Origin: Escherichia coli
GTDB taxonomy: Bacteria; Pseudomonadota; Gammaproteobacteria; Enterobacterales; Enterobacteriaceae
Length of the DNA: 64,000 nt
NCBI RefSeq assembly: GCF_011045215.1
Contig: NZ_CP049201.1
Reading direction: 5' to 3' (one strand)
Shown: in pieces, positions 55,676-64,000 of the stretch
How the letters are laid out: every line of letters begins with the position of its first letter
How positions within the stretch are numbered: position 1 is the first letter of the stretch
Notes under the pieces: generated by a model
Told to the model about the DNA's origin: nothing
What the model saw: only the letters and a program-made list of their open reading frames with translations
Databases searched by the model: none
Program-made: the position numbers and the translations under genes

Positions 55676-58600
55676 TTTGGGGATTGATGCGGCAGAGTTT
55701 AAAAATGAAATTCCCCGTATCAAAAACCTTCTGAATGGTGCAGCCAGCGATGCAGAACGGTCTTCTGCCCGTATGCAGCGTTTTATGGAGCGTCAGACTC
55801 AGGCCGCCCGGCAGACAATGCAGGCGGCTTCTTCGGCTGCAACAGCCGCATCCGTCCATGCGCAGACGGTGGAGAAGAGCGCACAGGCTCATGAACGCAT
55901 GGCCCGCGAGGTGGAGCAAACCCGCCAGCGTATGGAGGCACTGAGCCAGAAAATGCGCGAGGAACAGGCGCAGGCCATGGCTCTGGCGGAGGCTCAGGAT
56001 AAAGCGGCTGCTGCGTTTTATCGTCAGATTGACAGTGTGAAACAGGCCAGTGCGGGGCTGCAGGAATTACAGCGTATTCAGCAGCAGATCCGACAGGCCA
56101 GAAACAGTGGCGGGATTGGTCAGCAGGATTATCTGGCGCTGATTTCTGAGGTTACTGCGAAAACTCGAGTTCTTACACAGGCTGAGGAAGAGGCTACCCG
56201 ACAGAAAGTGGCGTTTATCCGTCAGCTTAAAGAGCAGGCAACCCGCCAGAATCTTTCATCTTCTGAGTTGCTTCGTGCTAAGGCAGCCCAGCTGGGGGTA
56301 AGCAGTGCTGCAGAAGTGTATATCCGCAAAATGGAGCAGGCAGGAAAAGCCACGCATTCGCTGGGGCTGAAAAGTGCAGCGGCCCGCCAGGAGATAGGCG
56401 TTCTGATAGGTGAACTGGCCCGCGGCAATTTAGGGGCGCTGAGAGGATCCGGGATAACGCTGGCTAACCGTGCCGGATGGATAGACACACTGATGTCACC
56501 GAAAGGCATGATGCTGGGCGGGGTTATTGGCGGTATTACCGCGGCCGTCTATGGTCTGGGTAAAGCCTGGTATGACGGTCAGAAGGAGGGGGAAGAATTT
56601 AACCGCCAGCTGTCGCTGACGGGGCACTATGCCGGAGTCACTGCCGGGCAACTGTGGACGCTCAGTCGTGCTATTTCCGGGAATGGTATCACGCAACATG
56701 CTGCAGCCGGTGCGCTGGCTCAGGTGGTGGGGAGTGGCGCATTTCGTGGAAACGATATCGGTATGGTGGCGAGAGCTGCCGCACAGATGGAGCGATCGGT
56801 TGGCCAGTCGGTCAGCGATACCATAAATCAGTTTAAGCGGCTGAAGGATGATCCTGTAAATGCCGCGAAGGCTCTGGACAATGAGCTGCATTTTCTTACT
56901 GCCACTCAGCTTGAGCAGATACGCGTCCTTGGGGAGCAGGGGCGGTCCAGTGATGCTGCACGGATAGCCATGTCTGCACTGGCAGAGGAAACCGGTCGGC
57001 GTACTGCGGATATTGATAATAACCTCAATGCGCTTGGCAGTACGCTGAAGTATCTGTCTGATTTGTGGAGTCGTTTCTGGGATGCGGCCATGAATATTGG
57101 TCGTGAAGACTCGCTGGATGAACAGATTGCCGCTTTACAGGAGAAAGTGTCGCGGGCGAAAAGACTCCCCTGGACGGCATCATCTTCTCAGGTTGAATAC
57201 GATCAGCAGCGTCTTAACGATCTTCAGGAGAAAAAACGCCAGAAGGATTTGCAGGATGCAAAAGAGCAGGCAGAGCGGAATTATCAGGAGCAACAGAAAC
57301 GACGTAATGCTGAAAATGCTGCACTGAACCGGATGAATGAAACGGAAGCAGCACGACATCAGCGTGAAATTGCGCGTATTAATGCCATGCAGTACGCCGA
57401 TCAGGCTGTCAGGGATGCGGCGATACAACGTGAAAATGAACGTTACGAGAAAGCCCTGGCATCCGGTAAGAAAAAAACACGCGAACCCCGTAATGATGAG
57501 GCCACCCGGTTATTGCTGCAGTACAGTCAGCAACAGGCACAGGTGGAAGGGCAGATTGCTGCTGCCAGACAGTCAGCAGGCATTGCCACGGAAAGGATGA
57601 CAGAAGCGCATAAACAGCTTCTGGCTCTGCAGCAGCGCATCAGCGACCTGGACGGGAAAAAACTGACGGCAGATGAAAAGAGTGTGCTGGCCCGTAAAGA
57701 TGAACTGATTCAGGCACTGACGCTGCTGGATGTAAAACAGCAGGAGCTTCAGAAACAGACGGCACTCAACGAGCTGAAGAAAAAAACAATTCAGCTGACC
57801 AGTCAACTGGCTGAAGAAGAGCGCGCTCAGCGTCAGCAACATGACCTGGATATCGCCACGGTGGGTATGGGTGATCAGCAGCGGCAGCGATATCAGGTAC
57901 AACTGAGTCTTCGCCAGAAATACCAGCAACAGCTGGAGCAGTTGAGGCGGGATAGTGAGCAGAAAGGAACATATAACACGGATGACTACAGAAAGGCCGA
58001 GCAGGCGCTGACGGAGAGCCTGAACCGACAACTGAATGAGAATCGCCGTTATTGGCAACAGCTTGAAATTGCTCAGGGTGACTGGAAAAACGGAGTCCTG
58101 CGTGCACTCCAGAATGTCACTGAGAAAGCGGATAACACAGCCGGGACAGTGGAACAGTTGTTCACGTCTGCGTTCAGTAGCATGAGTGACTGGCTGGCGA
58201 CATTCTGTACTACAGGCAAACTCAATTTCAAATCCTTCACCTCTTCTGTGCTGTCAGATATGTCCAGAATCATGGCTCAGATAGCTTTAATGAAAGCGGT
58301 AAAAGGTATTGCTTCCGCGCTGCCTTTTGATTTTGTAGCCAATGCTGATGGCGGTGTTTATCAGTCGGCTGATTTGAGTCGCTACAGTGGCACGGTGGTT
58401 AACCGTCCGACGTTTTTTGCTTTTGCAAAAGGCGCGGGTGTGATGGGGGAAGCTGGACCTGAAGCCATTCTGCCACTGCGTCGTGGTGCTGACGGTAAGC
58501 TGGGGGTTGTGGCGGATATTGGTGGTTCAGGTATGGCGATGTTTGCCCCGCAGTACAACATTGAGATCAATAACGATGGCACGAACGGGCAGATAGGTCC

Positions 58601-58703
58601 GGCTGCCCTGAAGGTGGTTTATGACCTTGGGAAAAAAGCGGCAGCGGACTTTATGCAACAGCAGGCCCGTGATGGTGGTCGGTTAAGTGGAGCATATCGG
58701 TAA
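55647..58703 (+). CDS. H: Tape measure protein H
   Basis: 1018 aa from ATG 55647. Long coiled-coil, Q/A/R-rich, with a C-terminal lambda gpH-like region. Confidence 0.9.
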   Translation: MDQIANLVIDLGIDAAEFKNEIPRIKNLLNGAASDAERSSARMQRFMERQTQAARQTMQAASSAATAASVHAQTVEKSAQAHERMAREVEQTRQRMEALSQKMREEQAQAMALAEAQDKAAAAFYRQIDSVKQASAGLQELQRIQQQIRQARNSGGIGQQDYLALISEVTAKTRVLTQAEEEATRQKVAFIRQLKEQATRQNLSSSELLRAKAAQLGVSSAAEVYIRKMEQAGKATHSLGLKSAAARQEIGVLIGELARGNLGALRGSGITLANRAGWIDTLMSPKGMMLGGVIGGITAAVYGLGKAWYDGQKEGEEFNRQLSLTGHYAGVTAGQLWTLSRAISGNGITQHAAAGALAQVVGSGAFRGNDIGMVARAAAQMERSVGQSVSDTINQFKRLKDDPVNAAKALDNELHFLTATQLEQIRVLGEQGRSSDAARIAMSALAEETGRRTADIDNNLNALGSTLKYLSDLWSRFWDAAMNIGREDSLDEQIAALQEKVSRAKRLPWTASSSQVEYDQQRLNDLQEKKRQKDLQDAKEQAERNYQEQQKRRNAENAALNRMNETEAARHQREIARINAMQYADQAVRDAAIQRENERYEKALASGKKKTREPRNDEATRLLLQYSQQQAQVEGQIAAARQSAGIATERMTEAHKQLLALQQRISDLDGKKLTADEKSVLARKDELIQALTLLDVKQQELQKQTALNELKKKTIQLTSQLAEEERAQRQQHDLDIATVGMGDQQRQRYQVQLSLRQKYQQQLEQLRRDSEQKGTYNTDDYRKAEQALTESLNRQLNENRRYWQQLEIAQGDWKNGVLRALQNVTEKADNTAGTVEQLFTSAFSSMSDWLATFCTTGKLNFKSFTSSVLSDMSRIMAQIALMKAVKGIASALPFDFVANADGGVYQSADLSRYSGTVVNRPTFFAFAKGAGVMGEAGPEAILPLRRGADGKLGVVADIGGSGMAMFAPQYNIEINNDGTNGQIGPAALKVVYDLGKKAAADFMQQQARDGGRLSGAYR

Positions 58704-59032
58704 TGGAGACGTTTCACTGGAAAGTGCGCCCGGATATGAATGTGGTATCAGAGCCGAAAGTGGTGACAGTGAAGCTGGGCGATGGTTATGAACAGCGTCG
58801 TGCGGCGGGACTGAATAACCAGTTGTCGACTTACAGCGTGACGATACGTGTTCGTAAATGTGAACACCCATCTTTAAAAGCCTTTCTGGAACGGCACGGT
58901 GGCGTCCGCGCATTTCAGTGGACGCCACCTTATGACTGGAAACCGATTAGGGTGGTTTGTCGTAAATGGTCGGCAAGCGTGGGGGCGCTGTGGGTAACCA
59001 TAACGGCAGATTTTGAACAGGTCGTGGCATAG
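58703..59032 (+). CDS. M: Minor tail protein M
   Basis: 109 aa starting METFHWKVRPDMNVVSEPKV, lambda gpM-like. Confidence 0.85.
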   Translation: METFHWKVRPDMNVVSEPKVVTVKLGDGYEQRRAAGLNNQLSTYSVTIRVRKCEHPSLKAFLERHGGVRAFQWTPPYDWKPIRVVCRKWSASVGALWVTITADFEQVVA

Positions 59033-59041
59033 GAGGCTCTG

Positions 59042-59740
59042 ATGCAGGATATTCCACAGGAAACACATCATGAGACGACACGCCTCACTCAGTCAGCCCA
59101 GGTGGTGCTCTGGGAAATCGATCTGACAGAGGTCGGTGGTGAACGTTATTTTTTCTGTAATGAGCAGAACGAAAAAGGTGAGCCGGTTACCTGGCAGGGG
59201 CGGCAGTATCAGGCATACCCCATTCAGGGGACGGGATTTGAACTGAACGGCAAGGGCAGTGCTGCCCGTCCGACACTGACGGTTTCTAACCTGCACGGCA
59301 TGGTCACGGGGATGGCGGAAGACCTGCAGAGTCTGGTCGGCGGAACGGTGGTCAGGCGTAAGGTTTACGCCCGTTTTCTGGATGCGGTGAACTTCGTCAA
59401 CGGAAACAGCGACGCCGATCCGGAGCAGGAGGTGATCAGCCGCTGGCGCATAGAGCAGTGCAGCGAACTGAGTGCGGTCAGTGCCTCCTTTGTGTTGTCC
59501 ACACCGACGGAAACGGATGGTGCCGTTTTTCCGGGGCGCATCATGCTGGCTAATACCTGCACCTGGACCTATCGCGGCGATGAGTGCGGTTATCACGGTC
59601 CGGCGGTCGCGGATGAATATGACCAGCCAACGTCCGATATCACGAAGGATAAATGCAGCAAATGCCTGAGCGGCTGTAAGTTTCGCAATAACGTCGGCAA
59701 CTTTGGCGGCTTCCTTTCCATTAACAAACTTTCGCAGTAA
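59042..59740 (+). CDS. L: Minor tail protein L
   Basis: 232 aa with a C-terminal Cys cluster (CTWTYRGDECGY...CSKCLSGC), as in lambda gpL. Confidence 0.85.
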   Translation: MQDIPQETHHETTRLTQSAQVVLWEIDLTEVGGERYFFCNEQNEKGEPVTWQGRQYQAYPIQGTGFELNGKGSAARPTLTVSNLHGMVTGMAEDLQSLVGGTVVRRKVYARFLDAVNFVNGNSDADPEQEVISRWRIEQCSELSAVSASFVLSTPTETDGAVFPGRIMLANTCTWTYRGDECGYHGPAVADEYDQPTSDITKDKCSKCLSGCKFRNNVGNFGGFLSINKLSQ

Positions 59741-59745
59741 ATCCC

Positions 59746-60489
59746 ATGACAGAGACAGAATCAGCGATTCTGGCGCACGCCCGGCGATGTGCGCCAGCGG
59801 AGTCGTGCGGCTTCGTGGTGAGAACGCCGGAAGGGGAAAGATATTTTCCCTGCGTGAATATCTCCGGTGAGCCGGAGGAGTATTTCCGGATGTCGCCGGA
59901 GGACTGGCTGCGGGCAGAGATGCAGGGTGAGATTGTGGCGCTGGTCCACAGCCACCCCGGTGGTCTGCCCTGGCTGAGTGAGGCTGACCGGCGGCTGCAG
60001 GTGCAGAGTGATTTGCCGTGGTGGCTGGTCTGCCGGGGTGAGATTCATAAATTCCGCTGTGTGCCGCATCTCACCGGGCGGCGCTTTGAGCACGGGGTGA
60101 CGGACTGTTACACGCTGTTCCGGGATGCTTATCATCTGGCGGGGATTGAGATGCCGGATTTTCATCGTGAGGATGACTGGTGGCGTCACGGTCAGAATCT
60201 CTATCTGGATAATCTGGAGGCAACGGGGCTATATCAGGTGCCGTTGTCAGCGGCGCAGCCGGGCGATGTGCTGCTGTGCTGTTTTGGTTCATCGGTGCCG
60301 AATCATGCCGCTATTTACTGCGGCGACGGCGAGCTGCTGCACCATATTCCTGAACAACTGAGCAAACGAGAGAGGTATACCGACAAATGGCAGCGACGCA
60401 CACACTCCCTCTGGCATCACCGGGCATGGCACGCATCTGCCTTTACGGGGATTTGCAACGATTTGGCCGCCGCATCGACCTTCGTGTGA
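59746..60489 (+). CDS. K: Tail tip assembly protein K (MPN/JAB + NlpC/P60)
   Basis: 247 aa with HSHP (JAMM-like) and an NlpC/P60-type Cys (VTDCYTLF). Confidence 0.85.
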   Translation: MTETESAILAHARRCAPAESCGFVVRTPEGERYFPCVNISGEPEEYFRMSPEDWLRAEMQGEIVALVHSHPGGLPWLSEADRRLQVQSDLPWWLVCRGEIHKFRCVPHLTGRRFEHGVTDCYTLFRDAYHLAGIEMPDFHREDDWWRHGQNLYLDNLEATGLYQVPLSAAQPGDVLLCCFGSSVPNHAAIYCGDGELLHHIPEQLSKRERYTDKWQRRTHSLWHHRAWHASAFTGICNDLAAASTFV

Positions 60490-61034
60490 AAACGGGGGCC
60501 GAAGCCATCCGGGCGCTGGCCACACAGCTCCCGGTGTTTCGTCAGAAACTGAATGAGGGCTGGTATCAGGTGCGCATTGCCGGGCGTGATGCAGGCGAAA
60601 ATGAATTATCTGCCCGTCTTAATGAGCCGCTGGCAAATGGTGCCGTGATCCACATCGTGCCGCGTCTGGCGGGAGCTAAAAGTGGCGGTGTGTTTCAGGT
60701 GGTGCTTGGGGCGGCGCTGATTGCGGTGGCATGGTGGAATCCTGTGGGTTGGCTGGGTGCCGCGGCTGTATCGGGCATGTATGCGGCAGGGGCCAGTATG
60801 ATCCTGGGCGGAGTGGCGCAGATGCTGGCACCGAAAGCCAGGACGCCCACGGCAGCCAGTACAGATAACGGCAAACAGAACACGTATTTCTCCTCACTGG
60901 ATAACATGGTTGCCCAGGGCAATGTTCTGCCTGTTCTGTACGGTGAAATGCGCGTGGGGTCACGTGTGGTTTCTCAGGAGATCAGCACGGCAGACGAAGG
61001 GGATGGTGGTCAGGTTGTGGTGATTGGTCGCTGA
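60387..61034 (+). CDS. I: Tail assembly protein I
   Basis: 215 aa. Overlaps K as in lambda, with a hydrophobic central segment. Confidence 0.8.
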   Translation: MAATHTLPLASPGMARICLYGDLQRFGRRIDLRVKTGAEAIRALATQLPVFRQKLNEGWYQVRIAGRDAGENELSARLNEPLANGAVIHIVPRLAGAKSGGVFQVVLGAALIAVAWWNPVGWLGAAAVSGMYAAGASMILGGVAQMLAPKARTPTAASTDNGKQNTYFSSLDNMVAQGNVLPVLYGEMRVGSRVVSQEISTADEGDGGQVVVIGR

Positions 61035-61052
61035 TGCAAAACATTTTATGTG

Positions 61053-61080
61053 AAACCGCCTGCGGGCGGTTTTGTCATTT
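61053..61080 (+). terminator. Terminator-like hairpin between I and J
   Basis: aaaccgcc-tgcg-ggcggttt then tgtcattt. Confidence 0.5.
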
Positions 61081-61094
61081 ATGGAGCGTGAGGA

Positions 61095-64000
61095 ATGGGT
61101 AAAGGCAGCAGTAAGGGGCATACCCCGCGCGAAGCGAAGGACAACCTGAAGTCCACGCAGCTGCTGAGTGTGATCGATGCCATCAGCGAAGGGCCGGTTG
61201 AAGGTCCGGTGGATGGATTAAAAAGCGTGCTGCTGAACAGTACGCCGGTGCTGGACACTGAGGGGAATACCAACATCTCCGGTGTCACGGTGGTGTTCCG
61301 TGCCGGTGAGCAGGAGCAGACACCGCCGGAGGGGTTTGAATCCTCCGGCTCCGAGACGGTGCTGGGTACGGAAGTGAAATATGACACGCCGATCACCCGC
61401 ACCATTACGTCTGCAAACATCGACCGTCTGCGCTTTACCTTCGGCGTGCAGGCACTGGTGGAAACCACCTCAAAGGGGGACCGGAATCCGTCGGAAGTCC
61501 GCCTGCTGGTTCAGATCCAGCGTAATGGTGGCTGGGTGACGGAAAAAGACATCACCATTAAGGGCAAAACCACCTCGCAGTATCTGGCCTCGGTGGTGGT
61601 GGGTAACCTGCCGCCGCGCCCGTTCAATATACGGATGCGCAGGATGACGCCGGACAGCACCACAGACCAGCTGCAGAACAAAACGCTCTGGTCGTCATAC
61701 ACCGAAATCATCGATGTGAAACAGTGCTACCCGAACACGGCACTGGTCGGCGTGCAGGTGGATTCGGAGCAGTTCGGCAGCCAGCAGGTGAGCCGTAATT
61801 ATCATCTGCGCGGGCGCATTCTGCAGGTGCCGTCGAACTATAACCCGCAGACGCGGCAATACAGCGGTATCTGGGACGGAACGTTTAAGCCAGCATACAG
61901 CAACAACATGGCCTGGTGTCTGTGGGATATGCTGACCCATCCGCGCTACGGCATGGGGAAACGTCTTGGTGCGGCGGATGTGGACAAATGGGCGCTGTAT
62001 GTCATCGGCCAGCATTGCGATCAGTCGGTGCCGGACGGTTTTGGCGGCACGGAGCCGCGCATCACCTGTAATGCGTACCTGACCACACAGCGCAAGGCGT
62101 GGGATGTGCTCAGTGATTTCTGCTCTGCGATGCGCTGTATGCCGGTATGGAACGGGCAGACGCTGACGTTCGTGCAGGACCGACCGTCGGATAAGGTGTG
62201 GACCTATAACCGCAGTAATGTGGTGATGCCGGATGATGGTGCGCCGTTCCGCTACAGCTTCAGCGCCCTGAAGGACCGCCATAATGCCGTTGAGGTGAAC
62301 TGGATTGACCCGAATAACGGCTGGGAGACGGCGACAGAGCTTGTGGAGGACACGCAGGCCATTGCCCGTTACGGTCGTAACGTCACGAAGATGGATGCTT
62401 TTGGCTGTACCAGCCGGGGGCAGGCACACCGCGCCGGGCTGTGGCTGATTAAAACAGAACTGCTGGAAACGCAGACCGTGGACTTCAGCGTGGGTGCCGA
62501 AGGGCTTCGCCATGTACCGGGCGATGTCATTGAAATCTGCGATGATGACTATGCCGGTATCCGCACCGGCGGGCGCGTGCTGGCGGTAAACAGCCAGACC
62601 CGGACGCTGACGCTCGACCGTGAAATCACGCTGCCATCTTCCGGCACCACGCTGATAAGCCTGGTTGACGGGCAGGGGAGTCCGGTCAGCGTGGAGGTTC
62701 AGTCCGTCACCGACGGCGTGAAGGTGAAAGTGAGCCGTGTTCCTGACGGCGTTGCTGAATACAGCGTATGGGGGCTGAAGCTGCCGACGTTGCGCCAGCG
62801 CCTGTTCCGCTGCGTGAGTATCCGTGAGAACGACGACGGCACGTATGCCATCACCGCCGTGCAGCATGTACCGGAAAAAGAGGCCATCGTGGATAACGGG
62901 GCGCACTTTGACGGCGACCAGAGCGGCACGGTAAATGGTGTCACGCCGCCAGCGGTGCAGCACCTGACCGCAGAAGTCACCGCAGACAGCGGGGAATACC
63001 AGGTGCTGGCGCGCTGGGACACGCCGAAGGTGGTGAAGGGCGTGAGCTTCCTGCTTCGCCTGACCGTGGCAGCGGATGACGGCCGTGAGCGGCTGGTCAG
63101 CACGGCCCGGACGACGGAAACCACTTACCGCTTCACACAACTGGCTCTGGGGAACTACAGGCTGACAGTCCGGGCAGTAAATGCGTGGGGGCAGCAGGGC
63201 GATCCGGCGTCGGTATCGTTCCGGATTGCCGCACCGGCAGCGCCGTCGCGGATTGAGCTGACGCCGGGCTATTTTCAGATAACCGCCACGCCGCATCTTG
63301 CGGTTTATGACCCGACGGTACAGTTTGAGTTCTGGTTCTCGGAAAAACGGATTGCGGATATCAGGCAGGTTGAAACCAGCGCGCGTTATCTTGGTACGGC
63401 ACTGTACTGGATAGCCGCCAGTATCAATATCAAACCGGGCCATGATTATTATTTTTACGTTCGCAGTGTGAACACCGTTGGCAAATCGGCATTCGTGGAG
63501 GCTGTCGGTCAGCCGAGTGATGATGCATCAGGCTATCTGGATTTTTTCAAAGGCGAGATAGGGAAAACCCATCTGGCTCAGGAGCTGTGGACGCAGATTG
63601 ATAACGGTCAGCTTGCGCCTGACCTGACTGAAATCAGGACGTCCATAACGGATGTCAGCAATGAAATAACACAGACCGTCAATAAGAAACTGGAAGACCA
63701 GAGTGCAGCGATCCAGCAGATACAGAAGGTTCAGGTTGATACAAATAATAACCTGAACAGCATGTGGGCAGTGAAGCTGCAGCAGATGCAGGACGGACGC
63801 CTTTATATTGCGGGTATCGGTGCCGGTATTGAGAACACCCCTGACGGCATGCAGAGTCAGGTGCTGCTGGCAGCAGACAGGATTGCGATGATTAATCCTG
63901 CGAATGGCAACACAAAGCCGATGTTTGTTGGTCAGGGCGATCAGATATTCATGAATGAAGTGTTCCTGAAACGCCTGACGGCCCCCACCATTACCAGCGG
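61095..64000 (+). CDS. J: Tail tip / host specificity protein J (N-terminal ~968 codons; continues beyond the window)
   Basis: [59 protein letters not shown]... is nearly identical to remembered lambda gpJ. It is absent from the ORF track only because there is no stop in the window. Confidence 0.9.
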   Translation, partial: MGKGSSKGHTPREAKDNLKSTQLLSVIDAISEGPVEGPVDGLKSVLLNSTPVLDTEGNTNISGVTVVFRAGEQEQTPPEGFESSGSETVLGTEVKYDTPITRTITSANIDRLRFTFGVQALVETTSKGDRNPSEVRLLVQIQRNGGWVTEKDITIKGKTTSQYLASVVVGNLPPRPFNIRMRRMTPDSTTDQLQNKTLWSSYTEIIDVKQCYPNTALVGVQVDSEQFGSQQVSRNYHLRGRILQVPSNYNPQTRQYSGIWDGTFKPAYSNNMAWCLWDMLTHPRYGMGKRLGAADVDKWALYVIGQHCDQSVPDGFGGTEPRITCNAYLTTQRKAWDVLSDFCSAMRCMPVWNGQTLTFVQDRPSDKVWTYNRSNVVMPDDGAPFRYSFSALKDRHNAVEVNWIDPNNGWETATELVEDTQAIARYGRNVTKMDAFGCTSRGQAHRAGLWLIKTELLETQTVDFSVGAEGLRHVPGDVIEICDDDYAGIRTGGRVLAVNSQTRTLTLDREITLPSSGTTLISLVDGQGSPVSVEVQSVTDGVKVKVSRVPDGVAEYSVWGLKLPTLRQRLFRCVSIRENDDGTYAITAVQHVPEKEAIVDNGAHFDGDQSGTVNGVTPPAVQHLTAEVTADSGEYQVLARWDTPKVVKGVSFLLRLTVAADDGRERLVSTARTTETTYRFTQLALGNYRLTVRAVNAWGQQGDPASVSFRIAAPAAPSRIELTPGYFQITATPHLAVYDPTVQFEFWFSEKRIADIRQVETSARYLGTALYWIAASINIKPGHDYYFYVRSVNTVGKSAFVEAVGQPSDDASGYLDFFKGEIGKTHLAQELWTQIDNGQLAPDLTEIRTSITDVSNEITQTVNKKLEDQSAAIQQIQKVQVDTNNNLNSMWAVKLQQMQDGRLYIAGIGAGIENTPDGMQSQVLLAADRIAMINPANGNTKPMFVGQGDQIFMNEVFLKRLTAPTITS

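Larger units (their letters stand above)
27022..64000. mobile_element. Lambdoid cos prophage integrated in ydfJ (Qin-locus relative); left junction in window, right end beyond window
   Basis: Contiguous phage modules from int at the left junction through immunity, replication, Q, lysis, cos, head and lambda-like tail genes. The host gene is disrupted at about 27021/27022. Confidence 0.9.

Noticed and set aside
61695-63443. 582-aa and 141-aa minus-strand ORFs
   Set aside because: They are antisense to gene J, which is near-identical to lambda J in the + frame. The products are Arg/His/Pro-rich, typical of antisense reading of GC-rich coding DNA.

Overview
Escherichia coli-type chromosome. Bases 1-26.9 kb are an ordinary conserved core block in K-12 gene order, read in the inverted direction: ydgI' - ydgH - pntAB - tqsA - mdtJI - ydgD - ydgU - asr - ynfM - ynfL - mlc - ynfK - clcB - dmsD - ynfHGFE - ynfD - ynfC - speG - ynfB - ynfA - rspAB. 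At about 27.02 kb the MFS gene ydfJ is cut after codon 31 by a lambdoid cos prophage, at the same locus as K-12 Qin. The prophage fills the rest of the window (more than 37 kb), and its right end lies outside. Prophage order is: int - xis - full-length ydfE exonuclease - ydfD - dicB - DicF sRNA - ydfB-like/antisense membrane ORF - ydfA; then dicA/dicC-like immunity with TTAG..CTAA operators; a YdaT-like gene; an O-like initiator with five in-gene iterons; a NUDIX+HAD cargo pair; an intact hok/mok/sok locus; rem; a DUF968 gene; and Q. After Q come an AT-rich antisense two-gene cassette, a pR'-like promoter with a short terminated leader, an orphan DNA methyltransferase, and a phage-21-type pinholin/SAR-endolysin/Rz/Rz1 lysis module. 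The late region continues with a lambda-like cos, terminase, W, portal, a protease-capsid fusion, head completion genes, and lambda-like tail genes Z U V G/T H M L K I J (J runs off the end). The best candidate for an undescribed system is the roughly 30% GC operon at 40062-42451, sitting between Q and the late promoter. It encodes a YejK/NdpA-like nucleoid-associated protein translationally coupled to a protein with three predicted C-terminal TM segments, and I propose it as a prophage-borne anti-phage (abortive infection or exclusion) module. All family assignments come from reading the translations and from remembered reference sequences; no searches were run.
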